Source: a virus. From it: a stretch of DNA of 34,563 nucleotides. Under the pieces are notes generated by a model. That model was not told the origin of the DNA, made no database searches, and saw nothing but the letters and a program-made list of their open reading frames with translations. The DNA lies in the IMG/VR virus record IMGVR_UViG_3300034033_000050. One strand, given 5' to 3'. This document shows, one piece after another, positions 34,270-34,563 of the stretch (its first letter is position 1; each line of letters opens with the position of its first letter). Position numbers and translations under genes: made by a program.

Positions 34270-34292
34270 TACAATATTTAGTTTTACAGGCT

Positions 34293-34563
34293 TTATACAA
34301 CTTGTACGTGGCTCATTTCATGGTCGCCCACCATTAACCCCGTTTTCCATGCTTTAAACACCGTATTTGGGTCTTTAAGCTTGCGTTCTTTCAACCACTG
34401 AACTCTATCGGAGTTCTCTCCATTTGCTATACGTCCAAAGGCCGTTTCTTCAAAAACAGGAAACCATTCTTCAACTAAACGCATATGGACTTGCTTAGGT
34501 GTTGTTTTCACAACTTCAAACGTGGAGCCAAAAGATGTATTACGCGCCCTTTTAAAATGCACT
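34293..34563 (-). CDS. Hypothetical protein, probably 5'-truncated by the window edge
   Basis: Frame is open to the window end. Confidence 0.6.
   Translation of the reverse strand, partial: VHFKRARNTSFGSTFEVVKTTPKQVHMRLVEEWFPVFEETAFGRIANGENSDRVQWLKERKLKDPNTVFKAWKTGLMVGDHEMSHVQVV

Noticed and set aside
16856-34563. Integron (tyrosine recombinase plus co-oriented small genes with hairpins and TTAG)
   Set aside because: No consistent RYYYAAC...GTTRRRY attC structure; the genes carry their own promoters; the hairpins look like terminators; the recombinase converges on the array, is coupled to dotM and shows no evident IntI-specific features.

Overview
AT-rich segment of a large conjugative plasmid or ICE, probably from a gammaproteobacterium. 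Left half (1-16470, minus strand): one tightly coupled operon. It starts with type IVB (Dot/Icm, IncI-like) secretion genes dotD-dotC-dotB-icmT, then a type IVb pilus cluster (PilL/TcpQ-like, PilN, PilO, PilP, PilQ, PilR, three pilins, a second PilT-like ATPase), then secreted proteins sharing a C-terminal motif. Centre (16471-19650): a divergent intergenic region with 23-bp-phased CCATRTA boxes, then a tyrosine recombinase coupled to dotM/icmP/trbA. Right half (19640-34563): an array of mostly single-gene minus-strand units. Twenty-two of them share the promoter signature (T)(A)G-Y-N5-TATAAT with no recognisable -35. Cargo includes a SleB-like hydrolase, an AAA+/vWA pair, an unannotated RMF/CrpP-like small protein, two ORF-less promoter-terminator units (one a candidate CsrA/RsmA-sponge sRNA) and many hypothetical genes. 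The array is interrupted by a plus-strand parA/RHH cassette preceded by a 480-bp array with 8-bp periodicity. All calls come from motif recognition by eye; no database searches were run.
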